A stretch of DNA of 64,000 nucleotides from positions 48,622-112,621 of the forward strand of contig JBCCGG010000014.1 of assembly GCA_039029395.1 (NCBI GenBank), read 5' to 3'. The first letter of the stretch is position 1; the number at the start of each line of letters is the position of its first letter. The position numbers and the translations under genes are program-made. Shown here piece by piece: positions 1 to 9,893 of the stretch. The stretch is from Pseudomonadota bacterium (GTDB lineage Bacteria > Pseudomonadota > Alphaproteobacteria > Kiloniellales > JAKSDN01). The notes beneath the pieces were generated by a model. It was not told the origin of the DNA, made no database searches, and saw only the letters and a list, made by a program, of their open reading frames with translations.

Positions 1-267
1 CACACCCTCGCGCTGAAACCGCGCCAGGGTCTCGCCGGCCAGATCGCTGGTCGCCACCGGATAGTCGACCACGTAGGTCGGCACCACGCCGTGGCGGGCG
101 AAGACCTCCTGGGCCCGGTGCTGAGCAGCCAGCGACGCGACCGAGGTGGAGTTGCGGTCAAAGGCCTTGTTCCAGTCGAAGTCCTCCTCGGTGTCGACGA
201 TGATCATGATCACCGGCGCCTCGAGCGCGGAGAGGTCGGCTGGACGGTTGCGCGCGACGTCAAACAT
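1..267 (-). CDS. WalW-like polysaccharide deacetylase family protein (5' part; runs off window)
   Basis: Manual translation MFDVARNRPADLSALEAPVIMIIVDTEEDFDWNKAF...VVPTYVVDYPVA. The VDTEE(D/E)FDW and PTYxVDYP motifs match WalW-type deacetylases of exosortase/EPS loci. Not in the ORF track. Confidence 0.75.
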   Translation of the reverse strand, partial: MFDVARNRPADLSALEAPVIMIIVDTEEDFDWNKAFDRNSTSVASLAAQHRAQEVFARHGVVPTYVVDYPVATSDLAGETLARFQREGV

Positions 268-297
268 AGGTGCACTCTAGGGCTGGAATTCCTGCGA

Positions 298-1233
298 TCA
301 AGCTAACGGCCTCAGCTCCAAGTCGGCGATGATGGGCAAGTGGTCGGAGCCCAGCCGGGGCCCGCGACTAAGGCTGCGGACGCTGAAGTGCCGGCTGACC
401 AAGACGTGATCGATCGGAATGCCAAAGCAAAACGCCGCCGCCGGCCAGGTCCAGAACCATGCTCTGCCCTGGGCCACGTTGACCATGTTCAAGGCCTCGA
501 CCAGCTCTCGATAGTAGGGCGACCAGGGCGAACAGTTGAAATCCCCGGCGATGATCTTAGGACCCTCGATCTCGGCCATGCGGGCCGCCAAGTCGCGAAA
601 GTGCAGGTTGCGAAAGCGCGCCTTGGCGCCGGTCTTGGGGCTCGCCGCGTGGAAATTGACGACCGTGACGGCTTGGCCTGCGATCTCGACCCGGGCGACG
701 ATCAGTGGCGTCCCCGTCGAGGCCGAGCGCGCCTTCATCCACGCGGTGAACGGCCAGCGGCTCAGAAGAAAGAGGTGATCGCCGGTGGTCTTTAAGGCCT
801 GGCAGGCATGGTGCAGGCGTTCGCCCGACCGGGGTCCGGGCCAGTCCAGATCTGCCTCCTGAAGCAGCAGCAGGTCCGGCTCCAGCTCGGCGACGTAGCG
901 ATCGACCGTTGCCGCATTGTGGTTCGGATAGGCCAGATTGAAGGTCGCGAGCCGAAAAGGAATGCCGCCTTGCCGGGCCTGCGGCAGGTCCGCGGGCTGC
1001 GCCGTGCGCAGCACCTCAAGCAGGTGTGGCAGCGCCGCCAACAGGGCCAACACCGCCAGATACCAGAATCCGGCGATCAGGGCCCAGGCGGCAACCAAGA
1101 CCGCCGCCAGGAGGTACTGCTGGCGAAAATGGCTCGCCAGGTCGAAAACCCACCAAAGGTTTGCCGCCCAACACATGAGGGTGGCGAGCCACAGGGCGTC
1201 GACGGCGAACCACAGCGTGCTTTCAATGTCCAA
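298..1233 (-). CDS. Endonuclease/exonuclease/phosphatase (EEP) family membrane protein
   Basis: N-terminal TM helices; motifs TFNL, LLLQE, IAGDFN, IDHVL, GSDHLP. Confidence 0.85.
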   Translation of the reverse strand: MDIESTLWFAVDALWLATLMCWAANLWWVFDLASHFRQQYLLAAVLVAAWALIAGFWYLAVLALLAALPHLLEVLRTAQPADLPQARQGGIPFRLATFNLAYPNHNAATVDRYVAELEPDLLLLQEADLDWPGPRSGERLHHACQALKTTGDHLFLLSRWPFTAWMKARSASTGTPLIVARVEIAGQAVTVVNFHAASPKTGAKARFRNLHFRDLAARMAEIEGPKIIAGDFNCSPWSPYYRELVEALNMVNVAQGRAWFWTWPAAAFCFGIPIDHVLVSRHFSVRSLSRGPRLGSDHLPIIADLELRPLA

Positions 1234-1417
1234 GATGTCCGCCCCGTCGAATCGCCGCGCCCCTAGCCCGAAAAACTAACCGCGCGGGACCGTCTAGACC
1301 AGCACCTCGATTGGCACCAGAGACGGGCCAGCCGGCGATCAGCGAGGGCCATTGCCAGCGCCCAAGCCGTTCTCTATCTCTAGCAGCCCGCTCTCCCACC
1401 ATTGGATGGCCCTACTC

Positions 1418-2179
1418 ATGACCAGCGAGGCATCGGTTCCGCCCGCCCTTTTCGCCTTCTTCGAAGCCATGCCGCGTCAAGGTCCAGGGTCCGAGGCCGT
1501 AACCCGGGACCTGTACCAGCGGGTGCGCCCCCTGCTGCCTCCGGTGCCCGTGGCGGCGGACATGGGCTGCGGCAGCGGCGCCGCCGGTCTGGTGCTGGCA
1601 GAAGACGGAGCCATGGTCACCGGGGTGGACGTGCATCGGCCCTACCTGGCGGCCCTCGAGCAAGCGGCCGCCAGGCGCGGCCTATCCTCATCCGTCGCCA
1701 CCCGTTGTGCCAGCATGACGGAGAGCAGGTTGGACGAGACCAGCCTGGATCTGATCTGGTCCGAGGGCGCGGTCTTCACGGTCGGCTTCGAGACGGCCTT
1801 GAGCGCATTCATGCCTCTGCTCAAGCCCGGCGGCATCGTGGTGGTCTCGGAGTGCGCTTGGTTCCAGGAAGAGGTGCCGGATGAATTGCGTACCTTCTGG
1901 CAGCGAGCCTATCCGGCGATCGCCACAGTTGGGTCCAACCTGCGCAGGGCCGAGGCGCTGAGCTATCGCTTTTTGAGCGCCGAGACCCTGCCGAGCGAGA
2001 TGTGGGAGCAAGAATTCTACCAGCCGATGGAAGCGTTGATCGCGCGGCATGGAGAGGATTGCTCGGCCGAAACCATGGAAATCATCCAAGAACTGCAGGC
2101 CGAGATCGATCTCTTCCGCCGGTTCCACGCCTTTTATGGCTATGTCTTCTTCGTCCTCCAGAAGCCCGAGGCTGGCTAG
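1418..2179 (+). CDS. Class I SAM-dependent methyltransferase
   Basis: PRQGPGS, DMGCGSG and DLIWSEGA motifs; start moved to the ATG at 1418 (uncertain). Confidence 0.85.
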   Translation: MTSEASVPPALFAFFEAMPRQGPGSEAVTRDLYQRVRPLLPPVPVAADMGCGSGAAGLVLAEDGAMVTGVDVHRPYLAALEQAAARRGLSSSVATRCASMTESRLDETSLDLIWSEGAVFTVGFETALSAFMPLLKPGGIVVVSECAWFQEEVPDELRTFWQRAYPAIATVGSNLRRAEALSYRFLSAETLPSEMWEQEFYQPMEALIARHGEDCSAETMEIIQELQAEIDLFRRFHAFYGYVFFVLQKPEAG

Positions 2180-3393
2180 ACCAGCACCTCGGCCGGCTCC
2201 GGATGGGACAGAAAGGCGGTCGGGCTGGCGGTCAAGCCATAGGCGCCCGACTGGAACACCACGATCAGGTCGCCGACCTCGGCGCGCGGCAGCTCGGCCT
2301 TGTCGGCCAGCAGGTCGAGCGGCGTGCACAGACAGCCGACCACCGAGGCCGTCTCGGTCTCGGCCACGCCGATCTTGGTGCCGACCGCGACCGGGTAGTT
2401 GCGCCGCACCACTTGGCCGAAGTTGCCTGAGGCAGCGAGCTGATGGTGCAAGCCGCCGTCGGTGATCAGGAAGACTTCGCCGCGCGAGACCTTGCGGTCG
2501 ATCACCCGGCTGACGTAGATCCCCGCCTCGCCCACCAGGTAGCGGCCCAGCTCGATCTGCACCTTCGCGTCCGGCAGACGCTCGGCGACTTTGGGCAGCA
2601 GCGGCGCCAACCCGGCGCCGACCGCGGCCAGGTCCAGGGGCTGGTCCTTGGCGAAATAGGGAATCCCGAACCCGCCGCCGATGTTGACCACGCGCACCGC
2701 GCCGGGCGCGTGCTGGGCCAACGCCAGGGCCAGATCCACGGTCTTGGTCTGGGTCTCGGTGATCGCATCGGAACGCAGGTTCTGAGAGCCGGAGAAGATT
2801 TGGAAGCCCTGAAAATCGAGCCCGAGCTCGCCGATGCGGCGCAACACCTCCGGCACCCGCTCGGCGTCGATGCCGAACTGCTTGGGCCCGCCACCCATGC
2901 GCATGCCGGACGCCTTGAGCTCGAAGTCCGGGTTGACCCGAACAGCGACCCGCGGGGTCACACCCTGACCTGCCCCGAGCGCGGCGGCCTGTTCCAGCTC
3001 GGCCTCGGACTCCAGATTCAGCGTGATGCCGGCGGCGACCGCCTGGCTCAGCTCGTCGGGGGTCTTGCCTGGCCCCGCGAAGGAAATGCGCTCCGGCGGC
3101 ATGGTGGTATCGAGCGCGGTCTTGAGTTCGCCGGCCGAGGCCAGGTCGAAGCCGTCGACCAGGCCGGCCAGATGCTGCACCACGGCCGCCATGGGATTGG
3201 CCTTGATCGCGTACTTGATCTCGACGCCGGCCGGCAGAGCAGCGCGCAGCTCGGCGACCCGACCCGAGATCAGCGCCCGGTCGTAGGCGAAGAAAGGCGT
3301 GCGGCCGACCCGCGCGGCGAGACGCTCCAGATCCCAGCCGCCGACCCGAAGCCGCCCGTCCGTTACCGCGAAGCCGTTGAGTTGCTCAGCCAT
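2176..3393 (-). CDS. Pyridoxal-dependent decarboxylase, exosortase A system-associated (diaminopimelate decarboxylase family)
   Basis: YAIKAN PLP lysine, FAGPGK, IGGGFG, ELGRY, GCLCTP, GAYG; ATG at 3393 overlaps the ligase stop (TGATG). Confidence 0.9.
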   Translation of the reverse strand: MAEQLNGFAVTDGRLRVGGWDLERLAARVGRTPFFAYDRALISGRVAELRAALPAGVEIKYAIKANPMAAVVQHLAGLVDGFDLASAGELKTALDTTMPPERISFAGPGKTPDELSQAVAAGITLNLESEAELEQAAALGAGQGVTPRVAVRVNPDFELKASGMRMGGGPKQFGIDAERVPEVLRRIGELGLDFQGFQIFSGSQNLRSDAITETQTKTVDLALALAQHAPGAVRVVNIGGGFGIPYFAKDQPLDLAAVGAGLAPLLPKVAERLPDAKVQIELGRYLVGEAGIYVSRVIDRKVSRGEVFLITDGGLHHQLAASGNFGQVVRRNYPVAVGTKIGVAETETASVVGCLCTPLDLLADKAELPRAEVGDLIVVFQSGAYGLTASPTAFLSHPEPAEVLV

Positions 3394-4964
3394 CAGGTCT
3401 CCTGAAAGAGGTCTTTGTAGCGCGCCGCCAGCCCAGCCCGGTCGATCTTGCCATTGGCGTTCTTCGGCATGGCGTCCAGAGCAATCACCTGCTGGGGAAC
3501 CATGAAGCCGGGCAGCTCGAGACGGCACTTGGCGAGGATCTCTTCGGCCTCCAGCATAGCGCCGTCGGGCGCGGTCGCGGCAACCAGGATCGCCTCGCCC
3601 AGCATGGGGTGGGCCAGGCCCAACGCGGCCACCTCGGCGACCAGGCCGCTGGCGTAGATCACCTCCTCCAGCTCGGTCGGACTGACCCGGTAGCCAGAGG
3701 TCTTGATCATCTCGTCGGCCCGGCCGATGAAGTATAGGAAGCCGTCCTTGTCGCGCCGGACCCGGTCGCCCGACCAGACCGCCAGCTCGGGCTGGCAGAT
3801 CCCAGCCGGCTGACCCGGCGCCGGCTTGAAGCGCTGGGCCGTGCGCTCTGGGTCGTTCCAGTATCCGAGCGCGACAAAGGGGCCACGGTGGACCAGCTCG
3901 CCCGGCTCCTCGTCGTCGCACAGGCTGCCGTCGGGCCGGACCACCAGGATCTCGGCGTTAGGCACCGCCTTGCCGATCGACTCCGGCCGTCCATCGACCT
4001 CGGCCGGGTCCAGATAGGTCGAGCGGAAGGCCTCGGTCAGGCCGTACATCAGATAGGGCTTGGTGTTGGGCAGGGCGGCGCGCAAGCGCTCCAGGGTCGG
4101 CCGAGGCATGCGCCCGCCGGTGGTCGCGACGTAGCGCAGGTTGGCGACCGCTTCCTCGGGCCACTCCAAGGGCGCCAACTGATTCAACAGCGGCGGCACC
4201 GCGGTCAGGCCCGTTATGCGCGCCCGGGCGCAGGCCTTGATCACGTCGCGCGGCAGCAGGTAGGTCATCAAGACCGCCTCGGCGCCGGCGCAAAAGGCCG
4301 TGGTAAGCTGGCTCAGGCCGGCATCGAAACTAAGCGGCAGAACGGAGAGGATTCGGTCGTCCGGCGTGTTCTCGAGATAGCTGCTGACGCTCTCGGCGCC
4401 GGCCAGCAGGTTGCGGTGCGACAGCACCACGCCCTTGGGCAGGCCGGTCGATCCAGAGGTATAGAGGATCGCCGCCATGTCGCTCTCGGTTCCCGGCGCC
4501 GGCCCGCGGCTCGCCGAGGCGCCTCGGGCGACAAGCTCGGCCCAAGGCAGGACGCCGCTCGCCGCCTGTTCGTCGACCACCACCTTGACCCGCAGATCCG
4601 GGCAGTCGGCCAGCACATCGGCCAGGGTCTCCAAGCGCGGTACAGAGGTGATCAGCACATCCACATTGCAGTCCTGCAGGATGTGCGCCACCTGGCGAGG
4701 CTTGAGCAAGGGATTGACCGGCACGAAAGCGCCGCCCGCCGCGGCCGCCGCGAAGAGCCCGATCACGGTCTCCGGGCGTTTTTCCAGGTAAACCGCCACC
4801 CGGGCGCCACGCGCCAAGCCCAGATCCAGGAGGCCACGAGCCACCGCGGCGACCTGCGCATCCAGCTCCTGGTAGCTCAGGTGCGTGCCGCCGCCGCTCA
4901 AGGCGGGCGCCTCCGGCCGCTGCCGGGCGGCCCTTGAGATCAGATCGGAAACCCTTTGGAGCAT
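3393..4964 (-). CDS. Acyl-CoA ligase (AMP-forming), exosortase A system-associated
   Basis: YTSGSTGLPKG, YGLTEAFRSTY, SGD, KTSGYRVSP, PKNANGKIDR; adjacent to the decarboxylase and ACP. Confidence 0.9.
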   Translation of the reverse strand: MLQRVSDLISRAARQRPEAPALSGGGTHLSYQELDAQVAAVARGLLDLGLARGARVAVYLEKRPETVIGLFAAAAAGGAFVPVNPLLKPRQVAHILQDCNVDVLITSVPRLETLADVLADCPDLRVKVVVDEQAASGVLPWAELVARGASASRGPAPGTESDMAAILYTSGSTGLPKGVVLSHRNLLAGAESVSSYLENTPDDRILSVLPLSFDAGLSQLTTAFCAGAEAVLMTYLLPRDVIKACARARITGLTAVPPLLNQLAPLEWPEEAVANLRYVATTGGRMPRPTLERLRAALPNTKPYLMYGLTEAFRSTYLDPAEVDGRPESIGKAVPNAEILVVRPDGSLCDDEEPGELVHRGPFVALGYWNDPERTAQRFKPAPGQPAGICQPELAVWSGDRVRRDKDGFLYFIGRADEMIKTSGYRVSPTELEEVIYASGLVAEVAALGLAHPMLGEAILVAATAPDGAMLEAEEILAKCRLELPGFMVPQQVIALDAMPKNANGKIDRAGLAARYKDLFQET

Positions 4965-5162
4965 ACCGTCTTCAGCACACCCGGTCGTGCCAAGTGAAAA
5001 AATCGCCGCCGCCGGCCGCGCACCGGGAATTTACGAGCGATAAACCTCTTGCACAATAAGATCAATTGCTTGCAAGAAGAATAACGTTAGTGTCTCTTGT
5101 CCAGCGTGCGCCCCAGGGTGCCGGGGCGGCAGACTGTCGAATTTAATCGCTTTGGAGCATCG

Positions 5163-5414
5163 ATGGACACCATCATCCAGGTACGGTCCCTACTCGGCGA
5201 AGTCCTCCAGCTGGGCGACCGGGCCCAGTCCCTGACCCAGGAAACGGCCCTGCTCGGCAGCCTGCCGGAGCTCGATTCCATGGCCGTGGCAAGCGTTATC
5301 GCGAGCCTCGAGGACCGCTTCGACATCATCGTCGAGGACGACGAGATTTCGGCCGAAACCTTCCGCACGGTGGGCAGCCTGACCGACTACGTGGAGCTCA
5401 AGCTGACTCAGTGA
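5163..5414 (+). CDS. Acyl carrier protein
   Basis: LLGSLPELDSMAV phosphopantetheine Ser motif; 83 aa, acidic; GGAG RBS upstream. Confidence 0.9.
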   Translation: MDTIIQVRSLLGEVLQLGDRAQSLTQETALLGSLPELDSMAVASVIASLEDRFDIIVEDDEISAETFRTVGSLTDYVELKLTQ

Positions 5415-6265
5415 GCGAGCCCGCCGACGCGCCCACGCCGTTTTTCCTGGACGGGCCTTCCGGCGCCCTCTTTTGCCACTATCTGCCGCCCCAAGGCGCC
5501 GCGCCCGGCGAGGCCGCGCTCTTCGTGCCGCCCTTCGCCGAGGAGATGAACCGCGCCCGCCCAATCATGGCGGCGCAAGCCCGGAAGCTTGCTGCGTGCG
5601 GCCTTGGGGTGCTGCTCCTCGATCTCTTCGGCACCGGCGACTCGGCCGGCGACTTCGGCGACGCTAGCTGGGCGGCCTGGCGCGCCGATATCACAGCTGG
5701 ACTGGATTGGCTCGAGTCCCAGGGCCACGGCACCTGCACCCTGATCGGCCTGCGCCTGGGCGCCTGTTTGGCGCTCGAGGCCGCCCGCGCGGCGCCCGCC
5801 GTCTCGCGCGTGGTTCTGTGGCAGCCGGTGCTGCGCGGCCAGGTCTACTTGCAACAGTTCCTGCGCATCCGGGTCGGCAGCGCCATGGTCAAGCAAGATG
5901 ACGCCGAGTCCGGGGAGACGGTCAAGGGCCTGCGCCAACGCCTCACGGAGGGCGAAACACTGGAGGTCGGCGGCTATGCCCTCAATCCAGGGCTGGCCGA
6001 GGCGATCGACGGGCTTACGCTGATTGACCTGGCCGCGGGCCTGACGGCACCGCTCCATTGGTTCGAGATCAGCGCTCAAGAGCCGCCGGCGTTGACGCCC
6101 GCCAGCCAGGCGGCCCAGGAAAAGCTCGCCGCCAGCGGTCTGACGCTCGACACCCGCGCGGTTCTCGGCGAAGCCTTCTGGGCGATCGAGGAGACCACCC
6201 CGGCCCCGGCCCTGGTGGCCGCGACCACGGCTTTGTGGACCACGTCACCCCGTTCTGAAAGCTAG
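5411..6265 (+). CDS. Hydrolase 2, exosortase A system-associated (alpha/beta hydrolase)
   Basis: PPFAEEMN, DLFGTGDSAG, GLRLG (Arg at the nucleophile elbow), LWQPV. Confidence 0.85.
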   Translation: MSEPADAPTPFFLDGPSGALFCHYLPPQGAAPGEAALFVPPFAEEMNRARPIMAAQARKLAACGLGVLLLDLFGTGDSAGDFGDASWAAWRADITAGLDWLESQGHGTCTLIGLRLGACLALEAARAAPAVSRVVLWQPVLRGQVYLQQFLRIRVGSAMVKQDDAESGETVKGLRQRLTEGETLEVGGYALNPGLAEAIDGLTLIDLAAGLTAPLHWFEISAQEPPALTPASQAAQEKLAASGLTLDTRAVLGEAFWAIEETTPAPALVAATTALWTTSPRSES

Positions 6266-7923
6266 GAAAGTCCGGCGGTTTGCAAGCCGGAGAGCATCCG
6301 CTCGACGCCCGGTCCGAGCCAGGTAAGATTCGCGCGCAGGGCATCGAGTGGCGGCGGCATGGAGCCAGACTGCTTGAGATAGCGCCCCAGCGCATCCCGC
6401 GCCGCCGCCTCTTGGCCATCCAGCGCCAGCGCGGAGACCAGGGCGAGATTTGCAAATCCGTCCATGCGCGCCTTGGCAAGCGCCCGGTTCAAGGCAGCGA
6501 TGGCCAGGTCGTCCTGACCGTTCTGGATATAGGCGAGCCCGAGATACTTCTCCTTCGTGAAAGGCCGGAACCTCGGGTTCAGCTCGAGCGCATGCTGGAA
6601 ATAGGGAATGGCCTTGCCGGGCTCGCCGTTCGCCATATGCACGAGCCCCGCGCAAACATGGCCGCAGTCCATGTTCGGATTGAGATCGATCGCGGTTTGG
6701 CAGGCCGTCATGCCGAGCTCGGGCTGACCGATGCGCGCGTATCCCGCACCGACCAACCAGTAGGGCTCTGCGTTCATGGGATCGGCCTCTGTCGCCTTCA
6801 GCGCCGCGTCGAGCGAAAGCTGGGCCGAATCCGGCCGGGTCACCCCCGGGATCGGCGTGAAGCCAGCAATGAAGTGGACAAAGGAGAGCCCGCCCCAAGC
6901 CGAGGAGATCCCTGGATCAAGCGCAACCGCCTTGCTCAGGAGGTCATGGGCCTCCTGGTAGTCCGTTACGCTTTCGTGGTTGTAAAGAAGCACGTTGCCG
7001 CGCAAGGCATAGTCCCAAGCGTCTTTGTCGATCTCGGGATGCTGGCGCTCGGTATCGGCCTTGCGCAGCTCGGCCCGAAGCACCGAGGCAATGCGCCCGG
7101 TGACATTGTCCTGAACGCCAAAAACGTCTTCGATTTCAGTTTCATAGCGATCTGACCAGAGGTGGCTGCTGGTCTCGCCGTCGACCAGCCGGGCGTTGAT
7201 TCGGGCCTTGTCGCCATTGAGACTCACGCTTCCTTCGAGCACGTAGCGCACACCCAAGTCGGCCGCGACCGAAGCGGCATCCACATCCTTATCCCGGTAG
7301 GTGAAGGAGGTGCTGCGGGATATCACGAAAGCGTCCCGGATGCGGGAGAGATCGGTGATCAAATCCTCCGTGAAGGCGTCCACCAGATAGTCCTTAGACG
7401 CATCGCCGGAAAGGTTGTCGAACGGCAAAACGGCGATCGACAGGTCTCTGTCCTGGGCCACGCCGCCGTCAGAGCCCTCGCCGAAGACCCAGACCGCCAC
7501 CACCGCTAGCCCGGCCAAACAAAGCAGCGCGACCGATGGGGCGGCGACCAAGCGGCCCGGCGGCTGTGAAAGTGTCTTGCGGTCCGGCGGGTCCTGATCT
7601 TTCGTCCCCGCCGATTCGAGCCGCTCGACAGCGGCAACGAACCGGACGCCCCGTCGCGGGTGGGTCTTGAGGAACTTTTGCTGCGCCCGGTCGTCACCAA
7701 GGGCCTTGCGTACGGCGCGGATCTGAGTGCTGATGGCAGCATCCGTGATGGCCTTGCCGTCCCAAATGTGCTCGCAAAGCTCGTCCTTGGTGACGAGCCG
7801 CCCAGGATTCTCGAGGAGATAGGCGAGCAGGTCGGAGGCCCGGGGCTCCAGCTGCACGGGGTCTTCTCCCTTTCTCAGGCCTCGGGCCCGATCAAAGAAG
7901 TAATCCCCGAAGCGATAGGACAC
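6262..7923 (-). CDS. CadC/OmpR-type wHTH + TM + TolB-like + TPR transcriptional regulator
   Basis: N-terminal YRFGDY..LVTKDEL..IW..RKALGD..THPRRGVRF; TM helix; IAVLPFDNLS module; TPR-like C-terminus. Confidence 0.85.
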   Translation of the reverse strand: MSYRFGDYFFDRARGLRKGEDPVQLEPRASDLLAYLLENPGRLVTKDELCEHIWDGKAITDAAISTQIRAVRKALGDDRAQQKFLKTHPRRGVRFVAAVERLESAGTKDQDPPDRKTLSQPPGRLVAAPSVALLCLAGLAVVAVWVFGEGSDGGVAQDRDLSIAVLPFDNLSGDASKDYLVDAFTEDLITDLSRIRDAFVISRSTSFTYRDKDVDAASVAADLGVRYVLEGSVSLNGDKARINARLVDGETSSHLWSDRYETEIEDVFGVQDNVTGRIASVLRAELRKADTERQHPEIDKDAWDYALRGNVLLYNHESVTDYQEAHDLLSKAVALDPGISSAWGGLSFVHFIAGFTPIPGVTRPDSAQLSLDAALKATEADPMNAEPYWLVGAGYARIGQPELGMTACQTAIDLNPNMDCGHVCAGLVHMANGEPGKAIPYFQHALELNPRFRPFTKEKYLGLAYIQNGQDDLAIAALNRALAKARMDGFANLALVSALALDGQEAAARDALGRYLKQSGSMPPPLDALRANLTWLGPGVERMLSGLQTAGLS

Positions 7924-7943
7924 AGCACAACTCCCGGGTCGAT

Positions 7944-7990
7944 TTTAGGAAAACTCAGACCATCCTTAGAGTTCCTCAAAGCGCCCTCAA
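7944..7990. promoter_or_regulatory. Five helically phased YTYAR direct repeats, candidate wHTH binding array
   Basis: TTTAG 7944, CTCAG 7954, CTTAG 7965, CTCAA 7975, CTCAA 7986; spacings 10/11/10/11 bp between divergent genes. Confidence 0.55.
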
Positions 7991-8085
7991 GCACAAGTGC
8001 AAGGCCCCCGGCACAGTGGATTCGGCCCGCGTTTCGTCGGGCGCGTAAATCTTCAACACGGCTATTTCCACAGGAGGTTCAAAAC

Positions 8086-8514
8086 ATGATCAAGTGCCTT
8101 CCCGCCCTTATCGGCGCCCTCGCCCTAGGATCCCTAACCGCCATGCCGGCCATGGCGAGCCAGATGGAAGATGCGCTCGCCAATGGGGCTCGAAAGCTCA
8201 CAGCCGAGGAGATCACGAAGCGCCTTGCTGACAAGACCGTGACCTTCGAGAACCTCAACAGCGGCGCCAAGGTGCTCGTATACTACGATGGCGAGAATGG
8301 AACGATCTTGAAGCCAGTCGGCTCGAATCAAACGCTGACGGGGTTCTACGCCACCGACCTATCGGATCATGTCTGCGTCGGGATCAAGGGCGACGCGCCG
8401 ATGCGTCTGCGCTGTGTGAACGTGCTGCTGATCGACGGCGTCATGCACAAGTTCGAGCTCGACGGCAGTCTGCGGGGCCGGATCATCGAGGAGGTCGCCG
8501 GCAACATTATCTAA
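8086..8514 (+). CDS. Small secreted hypothetical protein (DUF995-like)
   Basis: Signal peptide MIKCLPALIGALALGSLTAMPAMA; AGGAGG RBS; two Cys in a beta-rich body. Confidence 0.75.
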   Translation: MIKCLPALIGALALGSLTAMPAMASQMEDALANGARKLTAEEITKRLADKTVTFENLNSGAKVLVYYDGENGTILKPVGSNQTLTGFYATDLSDHVCVGIKGDAPMRLRCVNVLLIDGVMHKFELDGSLRGRIIEEVAGNII

Positions 8515-8550
8515 CGCGCCGGCTCAGACCGAGCCAACGGGCGCTTCCGC

Positions 8551-9288
8551 TCAATAGAATCGATATCGGTACCAGTAGCGGGCGATTCCCTCGTAGATCG
8601 CGTAGCGGCTGGCCAGGAGTGCCCGGGTCGAGGGCAGGAAGTCGTAGATCGTGGAGCCTTCGCCGATGATTGTCAGCACGGTCGGCGCGGGCACCACGTC
8701 CAGGCCCCAATAGGAAAAGGCCTCAACCGCCCGGGGCATGTGCACCGCGTGGGTCACCAGATAGATCCGCTCGATCCCCTCATCGCCGAGCAACTCCGCT
8801 GCAAAGCGGGCGTTTTCGAAGGTCGAGCGCGCCTTGTCGTCGACCCAGCGCACGGGCACTTTGAACTCGTCCTCGAGGGTCGCGCGCATCGCTTCGGAGA
8901 GCGAGATGATCGATTGGCCGATCGGCCCGCCGGTGACCAGGAGCGGCAATCCGGTCTCGCGCTGGAGGCGCGCGCCATAGCGCAAGCGCTCGAGCGTGAG
9001 CCGGCCGACCGTGTCGCCAGCGTACTCCGGGGTGCGTGTGCGGATGTCGCCGCCGAGCACCACGATCGCCCCGGCGCCGTCCTCGGCCGCCGGCCGTACC
9101 AGGGGGATGCCATCGCCCACCGCGGCCGACAGATAGGCGCTGACCAGAGGCGTGGAAAGACCATAGAGCACCACAAGTGCCGCCGCCGCGACGAAGGTGC
9201 CCAGGCGACGCAGCCAAGGCCGCAGCAGGAGGCCGACGAGCACCCCCAGGCCGCAGAGGAACAGCGGATCGGTCAAGACCAATCTCAT
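8551..9288 (-). CDS. YdcF/DUF218 (ElyC-like) family protein
   Basis: IVVLGG, RLRYG, VTGG, STFENA, LVTHAVHMPRA. Confidence 0.88.
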   Translation of the reverse strand: MRLVLTDPLFLCGLGVLVGLLLRPWLRRLGTFVAAAALVVLYGLSTPLVSAYLSAAVGDGIPLVRPAAEDGAGAIVVLGGDIRTRTPEYAGDTVGRLTLERLRYGARLQRETGLPLLVTGGPIGQSIISLSEAMRATLEDEFKVPVRWVDDKARSTFENARFAAELLGDEGIERIYLVTHAVHMPRAVEAFSYWGLDVVPAPTVLTIIGEGSTIYDFLPSTRALLASRYAIYEGIARYWYRYRFY

Positions 9289-9356
9289 GACGCCGGTCTC
9301 GCCATGGGTGCCGCCGGCAGGCTAGACTGGCCCGGCGGCAGATCGGAAAGGGCATC

Positions 9357-9626
9357 ATGGTAAAGCTGATCGACTTCGCGGAAATCCAGCGCCTGCTCGA
9401 CGAGCTCGCGCCCCACGAGGGCGAGCTGACCGGCAACGAGCTGGAACTCTACCGCAGCCTGCGCGCCAAGTATCAGGAGCCAGTCAGCGGTCAGTTCGAC
9501 GACAAGATCTGTCTCGAGCTGCTGCTGCGAAACATCGGAATCCGGCGCGCCCACGGGCTCGCCCCCCAGGACGCCGGCGCCCGCCGGATCGACTTGCCAC
9601 GGGTCGATCAGAACGAGGACTCCTAA
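9357..9626 (+). CDS. Hypothetical protein (89 aa)
   Basis: Fills the intergenic gap with host-like codon usage; no family recognised. Confidence 0.65.
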   Translation: MVKLIDFAEIQRLLDELAPHEGELTGNELELYRSLRAKYQEPVSGQFDDKICLELLLRNIGIRRAHGLAPQDAGARRIDLPRVDQNEDS

Positions 9627-9636
9627 CCCGCGGCTC

Positions 9637-9888
9637 TCAGCCGCCCTTGAGCGGCGGCATGATCGCGAGGGCATCGTTGTCGGCCAGCTGGCGGGCGACC
9701 TGATCGGCCTTGGGCACGTTCTCGCCGTTCAAAACCACCAGATAGGTCGCGCCTTCGGGCAAGCCGAGCTGGCGCATGACGCCCTGGGGCGTCGCGCCTT
9801 CTTCGACCTCTAGCTCGGCCTTGTTGCCGACGCTGCCGGCCGGCAGATACTTGGCCAGGCTGCTCGATGTCTTGAGCGAGATCTTCAT
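9637..9888 (-). CDS. MoaD/ThiS family sulfur carrier
   Basis: Ubiquitin-like size, C-terminal PPLKGG; follows the AOR gene. Confidence 0.9.
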   Translation of the reverse strand: MKISLKTSSSLAKYLPAGSVGNKAELEVEEGATPQGVMRQLGLPEGATYLVVLNGENVPKADQVARQLADNDALAIMPPLKGG

Positions 9889-9893
9889 CGCGC

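Noticed and set aside
2176-6265. Shared CTAG stop overlaps at 2176-2179 and 6262-6265 as insertion targets
   Set aside because: Four-nt convergent stop overlaps are common; no target duplication seen
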